Positions 22,845 to 34,999 of a stretch of DNA of 64,000 nucleotides are shown one piece after another (the stretch's first letter is position 1; each line of letters starts with the position of its first letter). Below the pieces are notes generated by a model, which was not told where the DNA came from, made no database searches, and worked only from the letters and a program-made list of their open reading frames with translations. The position numbers and the translations under genes were made by a program. Source of the stretch: Vicugna vicugna (lineage: Eukaryota); assembly GCA_013265495.1 (NCBI GenBank), contig MU058824.1:2755111-2819110 (forward strand), written 5' to 3'.

Positions 22845-23052
22845 CCAGGTAGAAATGCAGACCCCGGGTTGCCAGCTCTGAATATTTCCAAAGACCTGGA
22901 AATCCATTTCTCTTGTGAAATCTTCTGGTTTTTAAAGGTTGGTCACTAACTCAAAATATTAATAAAATAAAAACAAAACAAAAGCACTGTGGGGGCCACA
23001 CAAACTCATCAGAGGTCTCAGTCTGTTCTGGGGCAGCAGCTTTATAATCTCT
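22845..23052. mobile_element. MER102-like hAT MITE (opposite orientation to the 12.7-kb copy)
   Basis: gggttgccagctctgaatatttccaaagacctggaaatcc...ggtcactaactcaaaa...gcactgtgggggccacacaaactcatc. Confidence 0.6.
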
Positions 23053-24169
23053 GGGCAATGCCAATGTCACAGGTATTTAGGGCTTATGGTCAGAGTGACT
23101 CACGTTTCCAACCTGTCTCGCACAGCTTGCCTTCTCACACAGCAAACCCCTCTCTTCACCTCCCACTCCCACACCTCTGCCCCTGCAGCTTCCAGACATG
23201 AAGCTCTGCCAAGCCCCACCCTTGTCTTCAGCATCGTCCAAATCCCACTAGAGTCCGCAGGGTTTTATGGGTCTGCACCTTGGATACCTGCCATGCTCTG
23301 TCTGTTCCTATCTATCTGGGGCCCATCTCCAGTCCCCTGCTGCACTGGGAACTCCTGGGGACAGCACTCTTTGATTCACCTCTGTGCCCACCAATGCAAG
23401 GCCCCCAAAGAGCCAGCCCAGAGCGAGTGCTCAGGAAACAATAGCACGGGTGACAGACCCAGCAGCATTCATCCCCGTGCAAGTGAATTCCCCACTTGGA
23501 GCAGAAGGATGGATAATTACAGCCTGGCTTTAGCAATCTGCTATGCATTCACCCCTCAGGGTGTGTGAATTGCTGTGAAATTCTTATCAAGGGGAAAGCA
23601 GAAAGCGACTCTTAAAGGGAGAGTTAAAGGAAAGAAGAGAAGGGAAGAAAAGGCTTTGTAAGCTCCGGAGCTGTGACTCTGTTGACTTTTGAGTCATGGA
23701 GAAAAAGAAAGAACTAGGCTGATGCTGTCAGAAGGCATAGATGGGACCCTAGCCCTGCCTGATGTGACTTTGGGCAGGTGCCTTCCCCTCTCTGAACAGT
23801 AAGGGGCAGAACCAGATCACCTCTTAGGGTCTTTCCTCTCTAAGATGCTGTGTAGCAGTCAAAGAGACTTCCAGTGTCCTTGGTTAACACAATCTGGGGG
23901 CCACAGGGACTAACTTCTGATGGTCTCTCTCTCTGGGGCCCCCAGCAGGGAAAGTGCAAAGCCAGACCCACCACCTGCAGTCCATTAGCATAGCTGCTCC
24001 TGCTTCACCAGGAGGTGATAACTTGGTGGGGGTCCTGCAGGCCCCAAAATGCATCAGAGCCAATGGAAATTTGACCGCTGAGCAGACCCCCAGATGACTC
24101 CTGGGGCAGTAAAAAGCAGGGCTGAACTAGTTAATCCCTGCAGGACCTTAAACACGCCACTAAAACTCT

Positions 24170-24292
24170 TTGAAGCTCAGTATCTCCATCAGCAAGATGT
24201 GAATGATAAATGCAATTCTGGGTAGATGAGATTATGACACTTAAAAATCCAGCACAAAGCCTGGCACATGGCAGGTGGCTAATAAATGTTGT
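24170..24292 (+). mobile_element. MIR SINE 3' half
   Basis: ctcagtatctccatcagcaagatg...cagcacaaagcctggcacatggcaggtggctaataaatgtt. Confidence 0.65.
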
Positions 24293-26149
24293 CTCTGTAT
24301 CATGAGCTTCAATTTGATATGAACAGATCAGCCTTTCAACAGAGCCCAGGCAGTTCTGCAGGCTCCATGAACCTGGTTTTATCTTCAACAGAAAGACCCC
24401 AGCCCCACACTGACAGAGACTTAGGGAAAATCATGTGAGCAAGACAAGTAGGCATAGGATGATGAATGCAGGAAGGAGACTTCATGAGAATTTGGATTGG
24501 ATGATGGAGGACCCAAAATCTCTCACTGAGTATCCAGGGTTGTGAGTCCCAGTGGGTTCTGCCAAGGGGCTGTCTCAATTGTGTGAAACCATCCCTGAGC
24601 AGGCAAGACCTGGATCCCAGGGATCAAAGACTGATGGGCAGAGCCCCAGATTCTAAATAGGGCCCAGCTGGCACTTCCCAAGGGTAAGGACTCGTGGCCC
24701 CATGAGAAGGGGCACTGGGAAGGATGGAGCTACAAGTGGGAAAACTGAGGCCCACAGCCAAAAGGAAAGCATTCAGAGCCAGAGCCAAAGCCAAAACCTG
24801 AGTTTCCTGAGTTCTTCCTGGGCCTCCCAGGAGAGGAAATCAGGAGGCAGGATGGGGTAACAGCTTTGAGCACCCAAGAACTGAGATAAGAAGAAACTAT
24901 GGTAAACATCACCTTCCCCAGGTATTCTGCTCAGCAATTCCATGTGCCACCCTCTCTCCAAATGAGCCCTTAGTTTAGCATAACTGTTTTCAATCTTAAA
25001 AATTAGTTACTAAAAATTCCTGCCTACTTTTTAAAAAAGCCGGGTTTATGTGTTTATCTGTTCAACATGCTTGCTTCCTCTCAGTCCCTTCCTTCCCCTT
25101 CTCCCATTGCACTGCTGGCTCTGCAGCTGCACCCTCAGATCCTTACCTGGGACATAGTAAAGTCTCGGTGCATGTTAATAGATAAACAGCTTTCTTCATT
25201 TTTGAGCATGTTCCCTGGACAGCCCCTGTGCCAGCTGCTGGCGGAGCAGAGATGCAACTGGGTGGCTCCCTCACCCTGGATCGCCACCTCCATGGCTTGG
25301 CACCCTCAGCCTCCATGCCTGGCTCCCGCAACTGGGGCTCCTTCAGGGCAGAACCCCTACATTACTGAGCCCTACTACCCATGGCCCAGGATCCAGCTTA
25401 GGGCAGGGACTCAGAAACCATGGACTTAGGTGAGCAGATGTTTTGACTCTGATGAAAAGTCAAAAGCAGAGCAGCCAATAAGCTAGAACAGGAACAGCCT
25501 TTTGCTGTTGGATCTCCCACCTCTGGATCCATCCTCACTTCTGGGTTCTTCCCCCACTTTCCTTCCTCTTCCCTCTCCCTTAATGTCTGCCTCTGGTTCA
25601 TAAACTTGCTCATATTTTTCTTTTCATGTGTTAGTTTAGGAATAAAGATTAGCTCTCAGTCATTTACCCACTGTACAACCAGGATTACTGGTGGCAATAA
25701 TCAGCACACAATACAATTGACAAGGGATAAAACTCCAAGTGGTGGAAATTTTCATGGACTAAAAATTGACCAAAGCATCAAATATTCTCGATGTTGATTT
25801 GCTAAATATGGCCCAAGAAACCTGGGCTTGATCAAAACAGTGGCCCAGAAAAGGAAAGCTATAATGGCAGATGCTATCATGAGTCAATTAGAAAAAAAAA
25901 CCTAATTGATAAACCAAGTCTTCATGGTGAAACAACAGCCTTGACTGAAATAATTTCAAAAAGATTTGAGAGGAGATAAACTAAATTAAAGAGGAAAATG
26001 GACCAAAGAAGCCCATTAACTTTAAGGTGCTGGCTTTGAAAAGAAATTTTTCCATAAAAATTAATTAGTATTGATATAACTCTTATGAAAATACTAATAA
26101 CTGCAGGGTCAAATGCCGAGACCATGGGTACAGAGGGGGGAGACATGGA

Positions 26150-26660
26150 TGAGTGGGTCTGGTTAACCGCGTGTTATCTCTTACTGCTCACTCTGCACCC
26201 CTGCTGCCTGTGACGAGCTGGCCCAGCGCCTCCTGATTTGTAATCATCACTGTCTTACCAGTGGTTTTTGTACTTCCAAAGCAGTTAAGTTTTTACACTA
26301 ATCGCTGCCTCCTTAATCAATTAATGAGACTTAAAAGGTCATTTATCATTGGAAATTGCAACTGGAATCACCAAAGCACTACACTGGTCCACAGATGCTA
26401 AAGAACTGCATCCTACATTGATAATTGTACCCTGGCTTTAATGAGATTCTTATTAACATATACATTATTAATTAGACCATTAATGCAGATGTCATTTTGA
26501 GTCACACCAGGATTCCCGGTGGCTCACATGGTTATTAAACCTTGCTAATTTGCACAAGGAATTAATATTATATTAAAGGTTCTCTCCACCGTGTGTACTA
26601 AATTAAACGTTCACTTTTGACATCTCACCCGCTGCATCCACTCACACTTGTTAAAGAGAG
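26150..26660. promoter_or_regulatory. Candidate conserved non-coding element / developmental enhancer
   Basis: Repeat-free, retains several CpGs, very dense in TAAT/ATTA cores (ttaatcaattaatga, attattaattaga, ccattaatg, gctaatttgcac, ggaattaatatt), plus AAGGTCA and TGAGTCA; function inferred only. Confidence 0.5.
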
Positions 26661-26849
26661 GAGTAAGAGGGAAGTATTTTCATTCTAAGACTTGAAAGCT
26701 TCCTATTTTCCAAGTACCTTTAGTGTCTGTAAGTAGATAGGAAAGGAGACTGAGAGGGCAGGAGGGGAGAGAAAGCCCTCTCTCCCCACCTCCCACACCT
26801 CCTCCAGAGGAGCCTACTGTTTTTTAATTAGCAAGGTTTCCTGATGCGT

Positions 26850-27646
26850 CTAAAATAAACTATCTGAATTTTTTCTTATTATAAAGTATCATTTATTCAC
26901 TGTAAATAATTTAGGAAATACACATAAGCAAAAAAGAGAAAATTTTCATCACCCAGTCTCTCAGCACTTGGTAATTACCACTCTAAACATTCTCACGTGC
27001 TATTTTAGCCTATTTTCTCTATGTTTAAATAGATATCCTTGTACACAAATAAAATACTCTATACATCATGTTATAACCTGCTTTTTTAAACTTAATATTT
27101 TATGAACACTTTTCTGCATCATTTAATGTTCTAGAGCATCACGAACTTACTATACAATCTCCTTTGTTTTTTAAATTGCTGTGGGTGGTCAGCTTGATGG
27201 GTCAGCTTGGTTAGGCTATAGTCCCCAGTTATTCTGTCAAACACGAATCTAGATATTGCCATGAAGGTATTGTGTGGTTGTGATTAAAGTCCCTAATTAG
27301 TTAACTGTAAGGGAGATTATCCTAGATAATCCGGTTGGGCCTGACTCAGCCAGTTGGAAAACTGAAGAACATAGCTGAAACTTCACTGAAGAAGAAACTG
27401 TGCCTGTGGACACCAGCTCCAGCTGACGCCCAGAGTTCCAGCCTGCCCTTCCCAGTGGCCTGCCCTACAGGCCCGCCTAACCAGCACCCCCAATTAGGTA
27501 AGCCAATCCCTTCCAACAAATCTCTTAATACATGTATCTCCTACTGGTTCTGTTCCTCTGGTTGAACCCTCACTGATACAGGCTGTATAGATTTTATTAT
27601 TTGACTACATCATAATTTACTTAACCAATCCCCCATTGTTGGATAT
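26850..27646 (-). mobile_element. L1ME-like 3' fragment interrupted by an MLT2 LTR
   Basis: ttataacctgcttttttaaacttaatattttatgaacac before, and cataatttacttaaccaatcccccattgttggatatt after, the LTR. Confidence 0.65.
27180..27580 (+). mobile_element. ERVL solo LTR, MLT2D-like
   Basis: gtcagcttggttaggctatagtccccagttatt...gggagattatcctagataatccggttgggcctgactc...ctactggttctgttcctctggttgaaccctcactgataca. Confidence 0.85.
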
Positions 27647-30500
27647 TGTGCTAGACTGTCTTGCTGTCAACTTGGCACCACCACTCTTGTTTCAGGCTGG
27701 AACTACACTTCCCATTATGCTATTTCCTGAATAGTTCCATGGTGAAGACTGCCATGAGGGTGACCTGTGCAAAATCTGGACATGAGAACCTAGCAGGAAG
27801 CCATTATTATTGGAAAGGCATGGCAGTCAGACATGACAGCAATGTCACCAGGCATGGCAGTTTCAACAGATGTAGTGGCTTCGCAGACCTCCCCATGAGC
27901 TCCCACTCCACAGATCCACTTTGGCAGCCAGATGCATGCTGCTTCTCAGACTTTCCCACTTGTGCCGCCTGCATCACCTGTACCATCTGTAATTCAGGTG
28001 AAAGTGGTTAACAACTGCTTCTCAAATCCTTCCACTTTCTCCTTCTAGAACCTCACTCCCACAGTTACTCTCAGATTCACATAAGCCCTAACTCCTGTGT
28101 TAAATCCCTTATTCTTGTAATACTTGTAATGGCTCTATTTTCCTGACTAAAATTACTAGTGTTTCGAGGAACGGAGCTTTAAAGATGAGAGTGAGACATT
28201 CTCTCACTAATATTAGAATTAAGGGCATTAATGACACCATGGAAAATTATGGTAATCCATGGCACAAAGTGACAGAATATTTGCTTACATGTTGATCACC
28301 CACTGTCGACTGCGTGTCCCTGAGTAAAGACAAGTGTCACCCAGATTTGGGTGACATGGTGAGCAACGTGTTGCATTATTACCTGTCATCATCTGAAGTC
28401 AGGTTTCTGCAGAAAGAAAATCAAATGACCACCTAGCTCTGCTGTGGCTCATTCTAGTGGAAATAAGAAGCAGAAGGACTATGAGGTGAGCTGGCCACTT
28501 CTAACTGTGCTGAAGAATTTGAGAAAAGAAAATGAGCTCAGGCTGTAAGTTCCCAGCTCAAGGCCTGAGTAAGAAAACATGAAGCTTTGGTGACTGCTCT
28601 GAAATAATCCTAGGGTTCGAGTTCACAGAATTTGCTGATCTGACCATGTTCCCCATCACTCTGAAACAACAGGTCTGATAGGCAGTGGAATGGCCTTCTG
28701 AAGACTCATTTATGGCACCAGCTGGGTCATGAGGCTTTGCAGTGTTGGGCTAATATCCTACGGAATAGGGGATACTCTAACTCAGTAACCCATGTATGGT
28801 ACTGTTTCTCCCACAGCCAGGATTCAGGGGTCCAGGAATCAACAGGAGGAAACAGGAACGGCTCATATCACTATTCCCCTTAATGACACACCAGAAATAG
28901 TTTTGTTTCTATCCCCATGACTTTGGGCTCCCTGGCTTAGAAGTCTTGGTTCCCAAAGGAAGACTACTTCCTTCAAAGGATGCAATGATGGTCCATTCTG
29001 TACTAACTGGAGTGATTAGTCCTGATTACCAAGGAGAAATTAAATGGCTACTTTACAATAGGGCCTGCTATAGATTAAATATTTGTGTCCCCACAAAATT
29101 CATATGTTGAAATTCATCACCCAAGGTGCTGGTATCTGGAAGTGGGAACTTTGGAAGGTGATTAGGTCGTGAGGATGGAGCCCTCGTGAACAGGATTAGC
29201 GCTCTCATCAAAGAGACCTCAGAGAGCTCCCTGGACCCTTCTACCTTTGAGGCTGCAGTGAAAAGACAGCCATCGGTGAGGAAGCAGATCCTCACCAGAC
29301 ACAGAATCTGCTGGCACCATGATTTTGGACTTTCCAGCCTCCAAAACTGTGAGAAATAAGTGTTATTTATATACAGTAGTCTTGGGCACTTTGTTATAAT
29401 AGCCCAAACAGACTAAGACAGGGACAAAGAGGAGTCTTTCTGGGATCCAGGAGATTTTCTGGATGTTTCCTAATATTCTCATGCCCTGTGGTAAAAGTGC
29501 ATGGAAAACATCAGCATAGTTTAATGACATAGACTCTTCAGGAATGAAGGTCTAAGTTATTCCACCAGACAAGGAACCATAACTAGTCAAAATGCTTGCT
29601 AAGAGCAAAAAAGATTAAGGAATGGGTAGTAAAAGAAAGAAGTCAAATTCCAGCTACAACCACATGAACAGCTGCCAAAATGGGCACTATTTGCTTTCTT
29701 GTTTCCTTGCTTTGAGGTGCATATACTGGTATGTTAACCAGTTCTTTTTCTGTTTTCCTCTCTCCCATTCTCTTCTGGCTAATAAGAAGTGCATTCATAG
29801 TGTTTAATCCTATGTCTCCATATTGAGTTACAGGGTATAAAAGGGGGAGGATGACCCAGCTAGATGAGTAAACATCTAGAGGCGGATAGGGGTTCCTAAA
29901 AGAGATTTCATGTCTCCTCTTTTGTGGGAGAGGGGACTGTGAGCTTGTCTTCGGTTGTACGAAGGAGGCATACATCAATCTAGGTGGGAGTGTTCTGTTG
30001 TTACTGTCTTCATTCAGAAGTCAGTCTTAGTGAAAGGGATGTGCGCGGATGCCAAGTTGACAGTGGGCTCTTCCAGATCTTCTTGCAACCACTGCTCTTG
30101 CATCAGACTGGGAACTACATTCCCTAGAATCCCCTTCCCTGCATGGTTTGTCAAGGAGAGGAACTCTTGGAAGGCAGAAGTGAAGCAAAAGCCATTTTTC
30201 TCAGGACATCACGGCAGCAGCCATGGTCGCAGTCAGATGTGGGCTCCAGGAACTCTCATGCCATGGCCCCCCTCAGGTGGCCACACATGCTGGGCTCCTC
30301 AGATCTCCCCACTGCCACCCACCATTCCTTCAGGGTAAACTGGTTATTCACTGAATCTCCTGACTCCCCTTCCAGCTGCAACATCCAGAAACTGGGCATC
30401 CTCAGACACTGGCCTGGTCGCCTCATCTTGCAGGCCCCTGAGTTTTCACCAAGTCCTCCCAACGGGAGAAATAGTATACCATCTGTAATTCTGAGTATTC
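27647..30500 (+). mobile_element. Internally deleted ERV-L provirus: LTR - gag remnant - integrase/dUTPase remnant - LTR
   Basis: gag-like VSWPLLTVLKNLRKENELR (~28486); integrase-like HVPHHSETTGLI/QWNGLLKTHL (~28645, frameshifted); MYGTVSPTARIQGSRNQ (28792); dUTPase motif GVISPDYQGEI (~29009); 3' end gatgccaagttgaca; both flanks share a ctgg(g)aactaca..ttccc LTR motif (~27698 and ~30108). Confidence 0.85.
29066..29420 (+). mobile_element. MaLR solo LTR, MLT1A-like, inserted in the ERV-L dUTPase region
   Basis: TGCTATAGATTAAATATTTGTGTCCCCACAAAATTCATATGTTGAAA...TTTGTTATAATAGCCCAAACAGACTAAGACA; TSD gggcc/gggac. Confidence 0.9.
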
Positions 30501-31050
30501 TCTAGTAGGAACACCTTCAAGGAGGTCAAGGAGGGAGGGAAGGCATTTCTATGTTCGAAAGCTAAGAATACAAGCTCCCCTAATGACTATAAGGACCTTT
30601 AAAATGGCAAATTCTCCTAGTTGAGGTTTCAAAAACATTCAGATTACAAAAAGTCAGTTTGGCTATAATTTTCCAAGCCTCACCCACTGGGTGAAACAGT
30701 GTCCCTCTCTAACCTGCTAGGACACACAGCACTGTTATACTCAGAGGCTCCACTGCTAGTCAAGATGGCATCTTAATGCAAATTAGAACAAGCCACCCAT
30801 CTCCCAAGTACAATTTTAAACAGGTACACTATTTACTTCTTAATAATAATTGTAACAAAGTCATTTTTAGAAAATGAATCAATTATAGAATATAGAAGAG
30901 TACTTGGAATTCATTAAAGTGTACACTTAAGATTTGTATACCATGTGTTCATTAAACCAAAATTGGAAGTTCTAAGTATAAAATTTGAGCTTTTAGTCAC
31001 TCAATAATTAGAACTAGACTATAATTATTTATTTTCAATTTGTTACATAT

Positions 31051-31471
31051 TGTGTCAGACACCTCTTGTGCCCCACCTCATATGTTCTCAGCCACTTTTT
31101 CACTCCAGCTGTTTCTGAGGCAACCAGCTGTGTACAAGGGTCACCAGAGAGCACGTCCTCTCTGCTGGCCCTATATCTCCTGCTTCCTGTTCTGGGGCTT
31201 TCCTGCTGGGGTCACAGAGGACATTCTGACAAATATGCAAACTCTGAAGTGCAAGGGGATCAATTCCTCAGAGAACAACCACCCCTACCCATGGGGTGCA
31301 TTCTGCATGTCTCCTCAGGTCCTAGCCAAACAGAGCCCAGGTGCTCCCAGCAGATGCCCGGAAGGACTTTCCTTCCTGTTTCACTTTTTCCAGTTCCCTT
31401 GTGCCAGTTTCCCCAAATGAACCACCTTCACATCTCAGCCTCTGCCTTTTAGGGGAACCTAGGCTAAGACA
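31051..31471 (+). mobile_element. ERVL solo LTR, LTR16-like
   Basis: TGTGTCAGACACCTCTTGTGCCCCACCTCA...ctctgccttttaggggaacctaggctaagaCA. Confidence 0.8.
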
Positions 31472-31851
31472 TGCATCTTGCTTTCATGGAAACAAAATGT
31501 TTGTGGTCATTTTAATATGTTTACTTGCTCCCATATCTTGTTTTCTCTAGAAATGATTGCTAGATTTAACTGATTATAAATCTTAAGTAATTTAAAATAT
31601 TTTTTTCTTGTGCCTATTTCATGTTTATTAGATCAGTTGGTTTTTACATGGTCTGGCTGGGGATGAGGCAAGCCCACCCCCTTTTATTATGTAGTGTCTT
31701 TCCTTTATTATTCTTTGTCTTTGGGTTTTGATCTCTTTTTAACAAACCCCAATGAGCATGCTCTAGTCCTGGTTCTGGATAGAATGCATTTTAATTTCAA
31801 GAATCTATGTTCTCCACTGGCAACCAACGTTGTCAAAGTTAAACATATTCT

Positions 31852-33455
31852 TGGAAGCACAAAAGACACAGAGTTGCCAAAGCAATACTGAAGAAAAAGA
31901 AAGAACCTGGAGGAATAACCCTCCCAGACTTCAGACAACACTACAGAGCTACCAACAGTAATCAAAACAGTGTGGTACTGGCACAAAAACAGACATATGG
32001 ATCAATGGAACAAAACAGTCTAGAAATAAACCCACAGACCTACAGTCAATTAATCTTCAACAAAGGAGGCAAGAATATACAATGGGGAAAAGACAGTCTT
32101 CAGCAAGTGGTGTTGGGAAAATTGGACGGCTGCATGTAAATCAATGAAGTGAGAACACTCCCTCACACCATACACAAAAATAAACTCAAAATGGCTTAAA
32201 GACTTAAACATAAGACAAGACACTATAAACCTCCTAGAGGAAAATATAGGCAAAACATTTTCTGACATAAATCTAAGCAATGTTCTCCTAGGGCAGTCTA
32301 CCTAGGCCATAGAAATAAAATAAAAAATAAACAAATGGAACCTAATTAAACTTATAAGCTTTTGCAAAGCAAAGGAAACCATAAGCAAAACAAAACTGCA
32401 GCCTACCAAATGGGAGAAAATATTTGCAAATGATGCGACTGACAAAGGTTTAACTTCCAGAATATATAAATAGCTCATACAACTTAATAACAACAACAAC
32501 AAAAACATAACACAATCCAAAAATGAGCAGAAGATCTAAACAAGCAATTTTCCCATGAAGATATACAAATTGCCAATAGGCATATGAAAAAATGCTCAAT
32601 ATCACTAATTACCAAGAGATGCAAATCAAAACTACAATGAGGTATTACCTCATACCAGTCAGAATGGCCATCATTCAAAAATCCACAAAAGATAAGTGCT
32701 GGAGAGGGTGTGAAGAAAATGGGACCCTCCTACATTGTTGGTGAGAAAGTAGTTTGGTGCAACCATTATGGAAAACAGTATAGAGATTCCTCAAAAAAAT
32801 AAAAATAGACTTAGCATATGATTCAGCAATCCCATTCCTGGGTATATATCCTGAAGGAACTCTAATTTGAAAAGATACATGCAATGTTCATAGAAGCACT
32901 ATATGCAATAGCCAAGACATGGAAACAACCTAAATGTCCATCAACAGATGACTGTATACAGAAGTTGTGGTGTATTTATACAATGGAGTATCACTCAGCC
33001 ATAAAAAAAAGAATAAAATAATGCCATTTGCAGCAACATGGATGGACCTGGAGATCATCATTCTAAGAGAAGTAAGCCAGAAAGAGAAAGAAAAATACCA
33101 CATGATATCATTCATACATGGAATCTAAAAAAAGAAAAACGAAGACATAAAGAACTCATCTACAAAACAGAAACAGACTCAGACATAGTAAATAATCTTA
33201 TGGTTACCACGGGAAAGGGAGTGGGAAGGGATAAATTTGGGAGTTTGAAATTTACAAATATTAACTACTATATATAAAAACATATAAAAAGCAAATTTAT
33301 TCTGTATAGCACAGGGAACTATATTCAATATCTTGTAATAACCTTTAATGAAAAAGGATATAAAAACTAATATATGTATATATATGCATGACTGGGACAT
33401 TATTCTGTACACCAGAGATTGACACACTGTAACTGACTATACTTCAATAAAAAAT
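31852..33455 (+). mobile_element. 5'-truncated lineage-specific L1 (ORF2 3' part plus 3' UTR)
   Basis: Decayed ORF2 C-terminal coding (ggaggaataaccctcccagacttcagac; gtggtgttgggaaaattggac) and 3' UTR ending actgactatacttcaataaaaaa; TSD gttaaacatattct (31838-31851) / gttaaacacattct (33456-33469). Confidence 0.95.
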
Positions 33456-34419
33456 GTTAAACACATTCTGAGAGTTACAAAATTACTCAGAAATGCATCC
33501 AGTAAATTACTGATACAAGTGTATTGCTAAACGTCAAAAGCAGAGCTTACAAAACAGTTTAAGGTTTTAGTTCCTCACAGATCAATGCCCCATCAATAGC
33601 ATAGTGGTCAATTTGTTGTAAATTTTCACACAGTTACAGTAGTTCAAGTTCATCACAATCCTTCAGATTATATATGTCACTCGGAAGAACAAAAGGCCGT
33701 AATATTTTTCAGCATTACAAACCTTTCTTCTAAAAATAATATTGTTGTATCCAGTATCTCTGAAAAGAAATTGACTTTGAAATTTTATACGGGTCTCAAA
33801 TGGGCTAATCATGGAATTCACGGTCAAAATGAATCTTGTTCTGATTTTTTTCTCATGCTCCTTCTTTAGAGAAGTTGGTATTAATGATCTCCAATTTGTT
33901 AAGCATCGAAAATATATTTTTCTTAAACATCATCATTTAATTTTTCTTCAAAGAATGTTTTAATTCCTTTGATGCTTTAAAGCATTCTGTATACTGATTT
34001 TTTTCCTGCATCCTTTTACTTGTACCAGTAATTCTACATAAAACATCGTGTCAAATTGGTACTAAGAAAATTAATTTAGAAGTAGGTATTTTTAGGAGTA
34101 TGTCTGAGCTTGCATTCTGCAGTCTATACTGTTATAAACTAGGTCTTTCGATTATAAAACATATTTCTTCTTCAGAAATAGGACTGGAACAATATGTATC
34201 AACCTGGTTAGAACAAGACATTTTACTTCCATCTGCTAGAAAATCATCATGATAAATGTATACATTACCCATCTTTAGAGCGAAAAAGTTTACAATAATA
34301 TTTTCTAACATTCAAAACAATAAGGTTTCTTGCAAAACAAATGCACTCTGAGACACGACAGCATTGTGTAGTACACGCCTGAACAGCCACACAGATAAGC
34401 CCTGTGGACAATATACTGT

Positions 34420-34770
34420 CTTAGCATTGGAGGCCCCTCCTCCTATAACCTGGCCCCAGCCTACCTTTGCAGCCTCCCACTTTACATGGCTCTGCTCCAG
34501 CCAAATAACCATTCACTATACCGGGCCTTTGCTGTTCCCTCTGCTTTGGATGCCATTCCTGCCCTGACCCTGCCTAGTGACATCCTGCCAGTGGGGACCG
34601 TCTCTCCCTCAAACCTCCGGAGCACTGTTTAAAAGTCATTTGAGCCTGACTCCTGACTAGACTGTGAACTCTCCAAGGCAAGGAATAGATCTGTTCCATC
34701 TTGGCTTCCTGGGAGTCAAACCCAGCCCACAGTAGGCTTGGAAAAATGGACTGAATTGAAAGAGGGCTAG
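34420..34770 (+). mobile_element. L2 LINE 3' fragment
   Basis: gggcctttgctgttccctctgctttggatgcc...gactagactgtgaactctccaaggcaagga...tggactgaattgaa. Confidence 0.7.
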
Positions 34771-34999
34771 GATCCAGGAAACTCTCTGAAGAAAGTGGCA
34801 TTTCTTGGTGGTGGCACTTTGTAGTGCTGGAATGAGGCTAGGCTGATTCTCTGAGAACCCTCCATGGGCAGAGAGGGCCCCCACCATGGGGGAGCAGGGA
34901 GACAGGCAACTATGAGGAATAACCTTTCTGAAAAAGCTTTCCCTCCAGTTGGGCTCTCCTGTGGACACTGGGGCCTTTCCTAACTGCATCAGCAATCTA

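Larger units (their letters stand above)
30780..34404 (-). mobile_element. hAT-Tip100 (Zaphod-like) DNA transposon fossil, interrupted by LTR16 and L1
   Basis: Minus-strand terminus CAGGGCTTATCTGTGTGGCTGTTCAGGCGTGTACTACACAA at 34404; minus-strand 31472-31610 gives NYLR / NLAIISRENKIWEQVN / FVSMKAR across frameshifts (hAT dimerisation domain end); left boundary uncertain. Confidence 0.65.

Noticed and set aside
31708..33427. Run of hydrophobic minus-strand ORFs resembling membrane peptides
   Set aside because: They are antisense translations of the A-rich L1 ORF2/3' UTR.
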